Below are positions 9,990-19,301 of a DNA stretch of 64,000 nucleotides, in pieces (within the stretch, counting starts at the first letter, position 1; each line of letters begins with the position of its first letter). The notes below the pieces were generated by a model. The model made no database searches, was not told where the DNA came from, and was given only the letters and a program-made list of their open reading frames with translations. Source of the stretch: an uncultured bacterium (GTDB taxonomy: Bacteria; Patescibacteriota; Microgenomatia; Levybacterales; UBA12049); contig CAWGXL010000011.1 in NCBI GenBank assembly GCA_963826535.1, positions 128,809 through 192,808 of the forward strand, given 5' to 3'. The position numbers were made by a program, and so were the translations under genes.

Positions 9990-10362
9990 TAAGAGCTAGT
10001 AATTTTTGTGCATCAGCCGGATCTACCGATTTTTTTGTTTGCCCTGCTGCTTTTGTTGCCCGCCAAAAGAGATCATGCAACGCAGGAAATTTTATCACAT
10101 GTTCCGGTTTAAAATAGTCTGTCCAAAGTACCCAAAGGTGATGTTTTACCAATTCTGCCCGTTCTTCTTTAATAAGGATTGCGCGTATGCGGAATATTTC
10201 ATCCTTTGATTCCCGATACTTATTCATTGTATTGAGGATGCTTTCAGCTTCAATCTTTGCCTGAGCCGGATCATAAACGCCGCATGGCAAATCACAATGG
10301 GCGTAAGCTGTTTGGGTCGGAAGAAGATTTGCAAGAATCTGATAGAGCGTAAGTCTCATCAA
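9946..10362 (-). CDS. sodN: nickel-containing superoxide dismutase precursor
   Basis: Leader 'MMRLTLYQILANLLPTQTAYA' followed by 'HCDLPCGVYDPAQA', the Ni-hook motif exposed after leader cleavage. Confidence 0.85.
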   Translation of the reverse strand: MMRLTLYQILANLLPTQTAYAHCDLPCGVYDPAQAKIEAESILNTMNKYRESKDEIFRIRAILIKEERAELVKHHLWVLWTDYFKPEHVIKFPALHDLFWRATKAAGQTKKSVDPADAQKLLALIDEIDVVFKKTKSV

Positions 10363-10457
10363 AAAATGATACTATTCTGAAAGACAAAAATCAAGTCGTA
10401 AAATAGTAAGAAGAGCAACATTTGACTTTTATATTAACAATATACTAATGTCATAGT

Positions 10458-11174
10458 ATGAAATATTTGAAACAAACACTTCTAATTTTTGTACTTGTTC
10501 TATTTGGTATTGTAATATATTTTTCTGCTTCACTTGGACTAACAAGTCTTTTTATCTTTCCTATTTTAATTATTTCCGGATATATTATTTATTATTTGCA
10601 TAAACAATTTGAAGAGGATAATAAAAAACAGCTTGAACAGAGTGTAAAGTATGCGATAGAAGACATCGAGGCCGCGGAATGGATTAAAAATTCTCTTATC
10701 CCGCAAACTATAGCGAAAGCCAGGAGAAAACATTGGACCTTAATTATTTATAGTTTTATTTTCGCGGCGGGAATTTATTTTCTATGGAGCTATTTAAATG
10801 CGGACTTGTTAACTGCGATACGTGACCTGATCTTGGCGTGCATTTTATTTTGGTTACTTATATATTATATTTACTCTGCACCATTTATTTTCAACTGGTT
10901 CATACGCTTCCTGCCTGGAAAAATAAAAAAATATAATTTTGGAGATTGGGGAAGGGCTTATTTTTTTCTATTACCGGTTAGTATTATCATTTATTTGCTT
11001 TATCCCATTGAGAGTTTACTTAAGGATTTAGCAGGTAAACTTGTGTCAATTCCTATTTTCTTTCTGATATATACATTTTCATTTCTAAGCCTTTACAGTA
11101 TGATGTATATCTATAAAGATATGCAAAAAGAAGAGAAAAAACAACTTGAAAAGGAAATAAAAGATCTACTTTAA
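10458..11174 (+). CDS. hypothetical multi-pass membrane protein
   Basis: Several hydrophobic helices and a C-terminal Lys/Glu-rich tail. Confidence 0.45.
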   Translation: MKYLKQTLLIFVLVLFGIVIYFSASLGLTSLFIFPILIISGYIIYYLHKQFEEDNKKQLEQSVKYAIEDIEAAEWIKNSLIPQTIAKARRKHWTLIIYSFIFAAGIYFLWSYLNADLLTAIRDLILACILFWLLIYYIYSAPFIFNWFIRFLPGKIKKYNFGDWGRAYFFLLPVSIIIYLLYPIESLLKDLAGKLVSIPIFFLIYTFSFLSLYSMMYIYKDMQKEEKKQLEKEIKDLL

Positions 11175-11213
11175 ATGCTTGCCTGTCTGTTGAAAAGTCA
11201 GTTATCAAGCAAA

Positions 11214-12293
11214 TTATATTTTCACTAACTTTTCGCAGAATTGTGCTGCCTTGAGCATATCTGAAATAAGAACATATTCCCGAGATGTATGTGCGTCATA
11301 GTCGCCTATACCCACACAAACTGACTCGATGCCTTGTGCATGAAAGATGTTAACATCTGTTCCACCGCCCATTGATTCCAACTTCGCAGTGAGTCCCATT
11401 TGCTTCAGCACTTTTTTCACGTGTTGTATAACACGATGGTTTTCTTCAAAAAGATAGGGGTTAAATACTCTTTCTATTTTAAGTTCAATTTGTGTTTCAG
11501 GATGTCTTTGCATGACTGCGTTAAATACCTTATCAAAATGGAGAGAGTGTTTTTCCAGTTTCTTAAGATCACGACTGCGAATTTCTGCTTTGAAATGAGC
11601 ACGTTCAGGTACGGCATTACGAGCGCTTCCGCCTTCTATGAGCCCGACGTTGGCAGTCGTTTCATGATCAATCCGCCCGACTTCAAGCTTCGAGATTATC
11701 TCCGCAACTATTTTTATTGCCGAATATCCTTTTTCAGGTTCCACACCGGCATGTGCTCCCCTTCCAATGATTGTGACATCAATACTATTATAACCCGGAG
11801 CGGAATTAACGATGGTGTTAACACTATTAAGTCCATCAAAGGTCACCCCTTGCTTGGCTGTTAATTTACTATAGTCAAGATTCACCGCCCCAAGTAGACC
11901 AATTTCTTCGCTCAGTGTAAAAACAACTTCAATAGGCAGATGTTTGTGCTTTTCTTCTTTTAAAGAGGTAAGCGCTTCTAATATTTCCGCAACCCCGGCT
12001 TTTGCATCTCCGCCAAGAATTGTCCGGCCATCAGATGTAATTTTATCGTCCCGTATAATAGGCTTGATGCCCTTTCCCGGCTCAACAGTATCAAGGTGAG
12101 AATTAAGCATGAATGAATCGCCCACTCCTTTAAATTTGGCAATGATATTTCCATACGAATCAAGTTCTATACTTGCTCCAAGCACTTTTAATCTTCTGAT
12201 TACTTCCTTAACTATCATCTGTTCGTCACCGGATGGACTATCGATTTTTACGAGGTCGATAAATGTCTGCACAAGCCGATCTTTACGTATCAT
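11214..12293 (-). CDS. M20/M42-family metallopeptidase (PepT-like)
   Basis: 'NSHLDTV', 'ILGGDAKAG' and 'SEEIGLLGA' match metal-ligand blocks of M20 peptidases. Confidence 0.6.
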   Translation of the reverse strand: MIRKDRLVQTFIDLVKIDSPSGDEQMIVKEVIRRLKVLGASIELDSYGNIIAKFKGVGDSFMLNSHLDTVEPGKGIKPIIRDDKITSDGRTILGGDAKAGVAEILEALTSLKEEKHKHLPIEVVFTLSEEIGLLGAVNLDYSKLTAKQGVTFDGLNSVNTIVNSAPGYNSIDVTIIGRGAHAGVEPEKGYSAIKIVAEIISKLEVGRIDHETTANVGLIEGGSARNAVPERAHFKAEIRSRDLKKLEKHSLHFDKVFNAVMQRHPETQIELKIERVFNPYLFEENHRVIQHVKKVLKQMGLTAKLESMGGGTDVNIFHAQGIESVCVGIGDYDAHTSREYVLISDMLKAAQFCEKLVKI

Positions 12294-12351
12294 AACTTGC
12301 TGTAAGTATGCCAGGATTTAATTGTTACGTCAAGTGAAATAGATTAGTAGA

Positions 12352-13011
12352 TTAATTTTTGTTTCCCGCCAATTGATTGGCAAGTTTATCTGCGCGCGTA
12401 TTGTTTACGTCGCCTGAGTGTCCAATCACCTTTTCAAAATACACTTTTAAATTATAATGCTTAATTAGCGCCTCAATTTTTTGAAAAATTTCTATGTTTT
12501 GTTTAATTTGATTGCTTGGTTTCTTTATATTATTAATTGTAATTTGACTATCCGAATAAATTTTTACTTTTTGGTATTGATTTTTAGCTGCCCAATCTAG
12601 TGCATGAAAAATAGCCAATCCCTCAGCAACATTATTGGTTTGCTTAGTGCCCGGTACCAGTCCTGCTTTTTCGATTACACCAGCAACAAAAGCCCAAGCA
12701 GCCCTAGCATTATGTTGCCCGTTAAAAACACAAGCGCCGTCAGTCCATATCTCAATGTCATACTTATTCCTGTCATTCTGAGGTGTAACAGAAGAATCCT
12801 CTTCAAATAGAGAACGAGATCCTTCGACAAGCTCAGGATGACTCACTACGTTCGTCACTTTAAACTTGTCGTCATGATAAATTTTGTGACAGTAGGGACA
12901 AAAATAATATGCAGTGTAATAATATGGTTGTTTTAACTGCGACGGTTTTTTTTGTGTCTTGCGCTGGATTAACTTACTTCCACAGGTTCTACATCTTTTC
13001 TGCTCTGACAT
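12352..13011 (-). CDS. rnhA: ribonuclease HI with N-terminal zinc-ribbon
   Basis: 'IEIWTDGAC', 'YSDSQ' and 'GHSGDVNNTRADKLA' catalytic DEDD/His blocks. N-terminal CxxC...CxxC. Confidence 0.85.
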   Translation of the reverse strand: MSEQKRCRTCGSKLIQRKTQKKPSQLKQPYYYTAYYFCPYCHKIYHDDKFKVTNVVSHPELVEGSRSLFEEDSSVTPQNDRNKYDIEIWTDGACVFNGQHNARAAWAFVAGVIEKAGLVPGTKQTNNVAEGLAIFHALDWAAKNQYQKVKIYSDSQITINNIKKPSNQIKQNIEIFQKIEALIKHYNLKVYFEKVIGHSGDVNNTRADKLANQLAGNKN

Positions 13012-13089
13012 AATAAGGCTATTATAGCATCTATGTTAAATAATAAACTTCTACAGTGAAGATTATATGGTCCAGGAGAATGGAGAAAG

Positions 13090-14562
13090 TTAAGATGACT
13101 TTTTTTGTACTTGGAGATGTTTAGTAAGTATTAAGCGCGCAGTGTCGTCAAGGTCAGAACGTTCTTGTGCCTCTAATAGAATTTCTTTTGATCGTTTAGA
13201 GTCCTCGAGTTGCGATATTGCAAGAATTGCTTCTATTTGAACCTCAGCAGATTTTTCTTCAAGAAGTGTCGTTCTTATAGCCTCAATTGCTTCTTTATTA
13301 CTCATGTAAAACAGCGACGCGACAGCTACTGCTCGAACGTGTTTACTTTCGTCTGTTTTCATTGAATCGATTAAGACTGCCGTAATAGCAGGGTGGGGAT
13401 GTGTCGCTAGCTCTTTAATAGCGGCTACACGTATGGAAACTCTGTTGTTTTTCAAATCTATATACAACTTTGCTAGTTCAGGGACTGATTTTATTTCTGA
13501 TTCTTTGTTGAATTTTTCTGCAACCTTGTTAATAAACTTTTCGATTGAATTCCGTATGTTTTCATCATTATTTTCTTCAATAGTGTTTATTTCTGCCATG
13601 AACTCTTTCAGGGCGGTGCCTCCCAGTGTTAATAGTTCCGAGAAGCCGATATCCAATGGATGGGTTCTTTCCGGCGTATTAAGAATGTTGATATTTTTGC
13701 TTGCGTTTGGAGAAACGATAATAACGCGCATATTTTTCAGTCGATTTGTAATCTGAGCTTTGATATGTAGGTCTCTCAAGCTATTGCCGGCAATGATTAA
13801 GATCTTTGTTTCCCTCAAAACATCACCAAATAAGGAGCTCAGTTGAGAATAAGGATCTCCAAAAATCTCTTTTTCTAGAGTAGGAATAATCATAAGAGGC
13901 TTCAGAACTTGGTCGTTTCTCGTTAAGTGAAAATCATAAGCAGGTAATGAGTATCCACGATCAAGCCGGTGAAATACTTTACCAGTGGCATCTACATACC
14001 AGTTCACAGATCCATGCAATTTTATTATGCGTAGTGCTTCGGCAAAAGTACCCTCCCAATTTGCTACCGTCTGACTACCTTCAGTTTTGAAACCATCAGA
14101 GTAAGGTAGCTTCAGCTGTTCGCTAACATATTCAAGAATTCTATCATAGTTTGTTGTGAAAACGTGCATTGGTGCTACCTTACTTAATTCTAGAATTATC
14201 TTGAACTCTCTTTGAGCTTTTGGTCTGTCAAATCGTTCACATGTGTCCACAATAAAAGCATCAAGGTAGCCCCGGAGCTGACGTGCTGTCTCTAACTTTT
14301 TCTTTATGTGATCTGTTTCAGTTACTCCAAGTAATACCATGCCCTCCGTTCCGGTTGTGATAACTTGTAAATCTGCCAAAAGGGTTTCGAGATCATTATC
14401 TCTTTTGCCACCAGATATTTCTAACTCCTTAAGAAATGCAAAGCATCCCGGATGCCGACTTTCAAGATAATCTCTAAATTGCGCATAGAATCCAGCCATC
14501 ATTGGTACACTATATGGCGACGATGCTCCTGCTCCAAGGAGAAAGGATATTGGATAGGTCAT
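13090..14562 (-). CDS. SIR2_2-family (putative NADase) protein with C-terminal HEAT/PBS-lyase-like repeats
   Basis: 'FLLGAGAS', 'VFTTNYDRILE' and 'KLHGSVNW' are SIR2_2 hallmarks. The C-terminus has repeated 'VR.AA...L' HEAT units. The start overlaps the stop of the upstream ATPase (ATGA). Confidence 0.8.
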   Translation of the reverse strand: MTYPISFLLGAGASSPYSVPMMAGFYAQFRDYLESRHPGCFAFLKELEISGGKRDNDLETLLADLQVITTGTEGMVLLGVTETDHIKKKLETARQLRGYLDAFIVDTCERFDRPKAQREFKIILELSKVAPMHVFTTNYDRILEYVSEQLKLPYSDGFKTEGSQTVANWEGTFAEALRIIKLHGSVNWYVDATGKVFHRLDRGYSLPAYDFHLTRNDQVLKPLMIIPTLEKEIFGDPYSQLSSLFGDVLRETKILIIAGNSLRDLHIKAQITNRLKNMRVIIVSPNASKNINILNTPERTHPLDIGFSELLTLGGTALKEFMAEINTIEENNDENIRNSIEKFINKVAEKFNKESEIKSVPELAKLYIDLKNNRVSIRVAAIKELATHPHPAITAVLIDSMKTDESKHVRAVAVASLFYMSNKEAIEAIRTTLLEEKSAEVQIEAILAISQLEDSKRSKEILLEAQERSDLDDTARLILTKHLQVQKKSS

Positions 14563-16436
14563 TCTTTCCTCTCCTCCTTTTTTATCAGTTCGTCAATCTT
14601 ATTTTTCAAGAATTCCTTCAAGAGAGGACTAGTTGAGAGCTGTGCTTTTTCATGAAGTTCCGGGTCAGTCAGCAACTTTTTGATCTTCCTCTGAGCAGAT
14701 ACAGTCCCATAAGCACTATCAAGATCTAGGTAGACCTGAAGTAATTGTCTTCTGACAGGATTACCTGCTACTTCAGGAATTATTTTCAGAATTTCTTGGA
14801 CTTCTTTGCTCGAAAAATTCATCAATTTTCCTCCTACATCTCTTATGACACGATCAGTGGTGTCTGGAAGATCAACCAGCTTAAACTCCTGTTCAAGTCC
14901 TAATAGCAGACTGAATAATTCGCTTTCCGCTATTGGTTCGAGCATAACTTCTTCCAAAGTTGCTTCATCAACGTGAATCCATCTGTATGAGTTTTTGCTA
15001 CATTCTTGGGATAAAATATCAGCTTCATGAAAGTTGACATTCTGTGTTTGTCCGTTGATCTCTACAGGAAAAGTTCTGTTCTGACATCGAATCACGAGTT
15101 CTCCTCTTAAGAGGAGATGTGCTATTCTTATATCTCTTGTTTGGACAGATTCTGTAATTTGTGCTGAACTGCTGCCTTGTTGAATCGATTGTTGGAATTG
15201 CTTCACTGCTTCTTCCTCTCTTACATAGTATAATCTTTTCGTATCCTTTGCCTTATCGATAATTGCTTTGACTGATAATCTTTTGTCAACTCCCAACTCC
15301 CTTACTCGTATCACTTTGGGTAACAAATTCTCGAGTTTTTGCAGGATATCGTTATCAAGGATTGATTTGGTTTGTCCGTAGTAAAGAATTGCAACATATT
15401 TGTCTATTTGGCCCATATCTACGCCTTTTGGGTCGTCTTCCAACGACTTTTCTATTTCACCAATTTTTTTTCTGACCAGTTGATTATAAAAACTTAGAAG
15501 ACGTTTCCCCAATTCCTGCCACTTATCATCGGGCTGGAATCCATCTCTACTCATCAAGATATTCAGTCCTCCAGGAAGAACGTCAATTTCGCCAATATAT
15601 CCTACTGCATGTTGGGAAATAAGAGTCTTATCATTATCTAATACCAGAAAGCCACCATTGCAAATGGTAAGGCTGCTCTGGATTGTCGCGCCGGCACTCT
15701 CCCATGTGTTATCAAGTGCAAGGAATCCTGATATTACGGAGGAATCTTTCACTTCAATTGCTCCTTCGATATTCGCGCCTTTCCATTTTTCAGTAACCTT
15801 CTTTTTCTCTTGCGTATCTACTTTTTCTATTTCGATAAACGATGCGTGTCTAGCATATTGTTCTACAGCATCAGAAACTTGATTGGCATTCATTGCCCCG
15901 CTAGGCTTCAATAAGAGCTTTACGGAAGTTCCACGGAGAGTGGGAATATCGGTAATTTCCACAAACTTTTCTTTTGGACCCATAACAGCAAATGCGATTC
16001 CAGTTTCTTCCTCCATTTTAGTTTTTACCTCAACTCTGTCAGCAACTCCAAAGCAACTCAAAATCCCGATCCCGAATTTTCCGATTTGGAAGTTTTTATT
16101 TCCAGACTGTTTAAGAAGTGCTTGTATATGAGGGACATCTTGTTTGGATGCTCCGACTGTAGCAAAGCTTTTTTGCAAGGATTCTTTGTTCATTCCTAGA
16201 CCATCATCGGTAATCTCAACCCAGTTTTCAGCAACAGAATAGCGTACTAAAATATTCGGAGAATAAGATGGATACTTGATTTTTTGAAGGCTGCATGCAT
16301 CCTCGGCATTTTGTAAAAGCTCCCGTATTGCAGTATATGCGGATTTATAGAGGTTATTTCCAATCAGGAGATCAAAGACATTATCATGGAGAGTAAAACG
16401 CATATCTTTCATAATATTATGGGAGGCTAGTTTCAT
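14559..16436 (-). CDS. Hsp90/HtpG-like GHKL ATPase (divergent)
   Basis: Bergerat-fold motifs 'IRELLQNAEDA', 'ITDDGLGM' and 'IGKFGIGILSCF'. Further HtpG-like blocks ('GTSVKLLLKP', 'ASFIEIEK', 'LNILMSRD'). 625 aa, about HtpG length. Confidence 0.7.
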   Translation of the reverse strand: MKLASHNIMKDMRFTLHDNVFDLLIGNNLYKSAYTAIRELLQNAEDACSLQKIKYPSYSPNILVRYSVAENWVEITDDGLGMNKESLQKSFATVGASKQDVPHIQALLKQSGNKNFQIGKFGIGILSCFGVADRVEVKTKMEEETGIAFAVMGPKEKFVEITDIPTLRGTSVKLLLKPSGAMNANQVSDAVEQYARHASFIEIEKVDTQEKKKVTEKWKGANIEGAIEVKDSSVISGFLALDNTWESAGATIQSSLTICNGGFLVLDNDKTLISQHAVGYIGEIDVLPGGLNILMSRDGFQPDDKWQELGKRLLSFYNQLVRKKIGEIEKSLEDDPKGVDMGQIDKYVAILYYGQTKSILDNDILQKLENLLPKVIRVRELGVDKRLSVKAIIDKAKDTKRLYYVREEEAVKQFQQSIQQGSSSAQITESVQTRDIRIAHLLLRGELVIRCQNRTFPVEINGQTQNVNFHEADILSQECSKNSYRWIHVDEATLEEVMLEPIAESELFSLLLGLEQEFKLVDLPDTTDRVIRDVGGKLMNFSSKEVQEILKIIPEVAGNPVRRQLLQVYLDLDSAYGTVSAQRKIKKLLTDPELHEKAQLSTSPLLKEFLKNKIDELIKKEERKE

Positions 16437-16450
16437 ATTGAGCTTTTTGT

Positions 16451-16468
16451 AGTGCTAATTTTAGCACT
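16451..16468. promoter_or_regulatory. inverted repeat AGTGCTAA-tt-TTAGCACT upstream of the ATPase/SIR2 operon
   Basis: 8-bp arms with a 2-bp spacer, 15 bp upstream of the ATG at 16436 on the minus strand, inside a 300-bp AT-rich divergent promoter region. Confidence 0.3.
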
Positions 16469-16738
16469 TTATGCTCATGATTGATAGTTACCGGCTGATT
16501 CTAAATTCGGATAAAAGGAGAGAAGGTAAAATAGTCGTCAGGCTTAAAATTTGAGAAAATAGTTTCGGACTTCTGTAAGTCCTTAGGATAGTTAAGCAAT
16601 CAATCCAACATCCAACATCATTAGTAAAATTAAGTGAGTTTTCTTCGGGAGAAAGAAAAAGCGGAAAGCTGAACTACTTGGGGGGCGTAAATTGCTCAGG
16701 TAGTTGCAAAAGTTTGAAAAAAAGTTTATTATTTAAAT

Positions 16739-17179
16739 ATGGAGACAGGAAATTTTTTTCAAGTTCCGGTTAATTATTTTGCGGTTTTGTTGTGCGCTAT
16801 TGCAAGTATGGTGATAGGCTTTCTTTGGTATGGTCCGCTTTTTGGAAAACAATGGATGAAATTAGTTGGAATGACAGCCCAACATATGGCAAAAGCCAAA
16901 AAAGACATGCCTCAAACATATACGATAATGTTTATTTCCTCTCTTGTTATGGCTTATGTGCTTTTCCACTTTATATGGTATGCAGCGCCGGGAAACTACA
17001 CTCTCTTAATTTCAGTTAAAACCGCGATTTGGGCATGGCTTGGATTTGTTGCTACAGTGAGTTTGACAAAATTCTTATTCTCGCCTGAAAGAAAGTCAGT
17101 TAAACTTCTATTTATTGAAACGGGTTTTCATTTAGTAACTCTTATTGCGATGGGTATAATTTTTTATCTCCTCAAATAA
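16739..17179 (+). CDS. small integral membrane protein (DUF1761-like)
   Basis: Four predicted TM helices and 'LWYGPLFGKQW'-type motif. Confidence 0.45.
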   Translation: METGNFFQVPVNYFAVLLCAIASMVIGFLWYGPLFGKQWMKLVGMTAQHMAKAKKDMPQTYTIMFISSLVMAYVLFHFIWYAAPGNYTLLISVKTAIWAWLGFVATVSLTKFLFSPERKSVKLLFIETGFHLVTLIAMGIIFYLLK

Positions 17180-17212
17180 CTACTTTCCTATCTAAATCTA
17201 AAAAAGGCAAGT

Positions 17213-17584
17213 TTACTTTTTGTCGTAGTCGTAAAATACCACTTCTATATTGTGGTCATCGGGGTCATAGACAAAAGCGGCGTAATATCCGGGCCAATAT
17301 TCTTTGCGATATCCAGGCGCTCCGTTGTCGCGGGCTCCTGCTAAAAGAGCAGCTTTATAAAAATCCTTTACTTCCTTTTTGTTTTTTGCTTCAAAGGCAA
17401 CGTGTGACTTTGTTACCCCTTCTTTAATTCCGTGGATCCATAAGTCTGTATTTTTCCCGTCATTGAAACCTGCAGCCTCACCAAACTCCATCTTCTTTGT
17501 ATAACCCAAAGTCGCTAATGTTTTGGTATAAAAAGCTTTTGATTTTTTATAATTACTTACGGGGAGGGATGTGTGCGCGATCAT
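17213..17584 (-). CDS. VOC-family (glyoxalase/bleomycin-resistance fold) protein
   Basis: Paired beta-alpha-beta-beta-beta modules with 'H..LPV' at the N-terminus and 'HVAFEA...YDPDDHNIEVV' at the C-terminus. Confidence 0.65.
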   Translation of the reverse strand: MIAHTSLPVSNYKKSKAFYTKTLATLGYTKKMEFGEAAGFNDGKNTDLWIHGIKEGVTKSHVAFEAKNKKEVKDFYKAALLAGARDNGAPGYRKEYWPGYYAAFVYDPDDHNIEVVFYDYDKK

Positions 17585-17665
17585 AATCGCATATTAGCAG
17601 ATCAAAAGTTAAATTTCCAGTAAGAATAATTCTACTGCCTAAATGTGAACTACATTGACCAGACC

Positions 17666-18004
17666 TCATGCCTTCTGAGATCTATGTAACCAGTTGTTAC
17701 TTATTTTATCGTTATGGCAAAATATAAGATTCTCTTTTTCTATGTGGCTCATCTGCTTTATTTCCTCTTCCCGCTGACATGCCAATTCATTAGTTAAGTA
17801 TTTTTCATAAATCATAAGCTTCACGGGCCGCCTTGCGCGAGTGTATTTAGCACCATTTACCAGTTTACCATTGTGCTGCAGTAATCTTTTCGGTAAGTCA
17901 ATCGTTTTGCCTGTATAATATGTCCCATCAGCACACCTCACAATATAAACAAAATATTTTTTAGAAACGAAGTCAGACTGACTCATATTATTATGGTAAA
18001 GCAA
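17666..18004 (-). CDS. GIY-YIG nuclease-family protein (UPF0213/YhbQ-like)
   Basis: '[28 protein letters not shown]' (GIY...YIG) and 'AKYTRARRP'. Confidence 0.75.
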   Translation of the reverse strand: MLYHNNMSQSDFVSKKYFVYIVRCADGTYYTGKTIDLPKRLLQHNGKLVNGAKYTRARRPVKLMIYEKYLTNELACQREEEIKQMSHIEKENLIFCHNDKISNNWLHRSQKA

Positions 18005-18087
18005 AAAAGAACAAATGCCAATAGGCTAATATCTAATTAATACTTTCACTTTTATTCGAAAATTAATATGCTATACTCTATTTTATT

Positions 18088-18516
18088 ATGGGAGAAAATT
18101 TAATTGCAAAAAGTTCAATCGTGATAAATGCTCCGGTTGCAAAAGTTTGGGATGCTCTGGTAAATCCCGATATGATTAAGCAATATATGTTCGGAACCAA
18201 TGTTGTCTCAGATTGGAAGGCGCGCAGTCCGGTTGTTTGGAAAGGTGTTTGGAAAGGTAAAGCGTATGAGGACAAAGGTGTGATTCTCAAAATAGAGCCG
18301 GAGAAAAAACTTCAATATACGCATTTCAGCCCGCTTTCAGGCGCTTCTGATATTCCTGAAAACTATCATACCCTGACCTATGAATTGAAAGAGCAAGGAG
18401 ACAATATGCAAGTAATACTATCTCAAGATAATAATTCAAGCGAAAAGGAGCGGGAGCATTCGCAAAAAATGTGGGCTAGTATGTTGGAAGGCTTAAAGAA
18501 AGTTTTGGAAAAGTGA
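18088..18516 (+). CDS. SRPBCC/AHSA1-family protein
   Basis: 'INAPVAKVWDALVNPDMIKQYMFG' matches the N-terminal block of Aha1/START-like SRPBCC proteins. Confidence 0.65.
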   Translation: MGENLIAKSSIVINAPVAKVWDALVNPDMIKQYMFGTNVVSDWKARSPVVWKGVWKGKAYEDKGVILKIEPEKKLQYTHFSPLSGASDIPENYHTLTYELKEQGDNMQVILSQDNNSSEKEREHSQKMWASMLEGLKKVLEK

Positions 18517-18545
18517 ATCTATTCACAATAAAAAAATAAACAACT

Positions 18546-19280
18546 ATGAGTACCAAGAAAAAATGGAATTTTAGCGGGTTAAAAGCGCTTTTTATCAATT
18601 GCACACTTACGAAGTCGCCAGAACCAAGCCACACAGAACGGCTTATCAAAGTTAGTCGTAAGATTATGGATAAGCGAGGCGCGAAGACCGAGCTCATCCG
18701 CGCGATTGACCGCGATATTGCGACTGGGGTTTACCCAGACATGCGGGAACATGGATGGAAGACAGACGAGTGGCCAGGGATTTATAAGAAGAAAGTGATG
18801 GCGGCAGATATACTTGTTCTTTGCGGGCCGATTTGGCTTGGCGACAATAGTTCACAGATGAAAAAGATCATTGAGCGTCTATACTCTTGTTCCGGTCTTC
18901 TTAATGATAAAGGACAATATGCATATTATGGAAAAGTTGGTGGAGCAATTATTACCGGCAACGAGGATGGAATAAAACACTGCACAATGAATATTCTTTA
19001 TAGCTTGCAGCATATCGGCTACACCATCCCACCGCAAGCCGATGCCGGATGGATCGGGGAAGCAGGGCCGGGTGCAAGTTATGGGGACCGCGATAAAGAC
19101 GGCACCATTGCTGGCATAAATAATGACTTTACAAACCGTAACACTACCTTTATGACTTGGAACTTAATGCATTTGGCTAAAATGCTTAAAGATAATGGAG
19201 GCATACCGGCATACGGTAACCAGCGAAGCGAATGGGATGCAGGAGCCAGATTTGATTTTGAGAATCCAGAGTACCGATAG
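18546..19280 (+). CDS. flavodoxin-like fold NAD(P)H-dependent FMN reductase
   Basis: 'LFINCTLTKSP' N-terminal FMN-binding loop and 'ADILVLCGPIWLG', typical of the NADPH-dependent FMN reductase family. Confidence 0.6.
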   Translation: MSTKKKWNFSGLKALFINCTLTKSPEPSHTERLIKVSRKIMDKRGAKTELIRAIDRDIATGVYPDMREHGWKTDEWPGIYKKKVMAADILVLCGPIWLGDNSSQMKKIIERLYSCSGLLNDKGQYAYYGKVGGAIITGNEDGIKHCTMNILYSLQHIGYTIPPQADAGWIGEAGPGASYGDRDKDGTIAGINNDFTNRNTTFMTWNLMHLAKMLKDNGGIPAYGNQRSEWDAGARFDFENPEYR

Positions 19281-19301
19281 AGCCTTATCAATTTACACCC
19301 T

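Noticed and set aside
16560-16600. Hairpin GGACTtctgtaaGTCC examined as a possible tRNA anticodon arm
   Set aside because: No acceptor stem, D-arm or T-arm (GTTCRA) consensus around it. No tRNA-like structure found anywhere in the window by eye.
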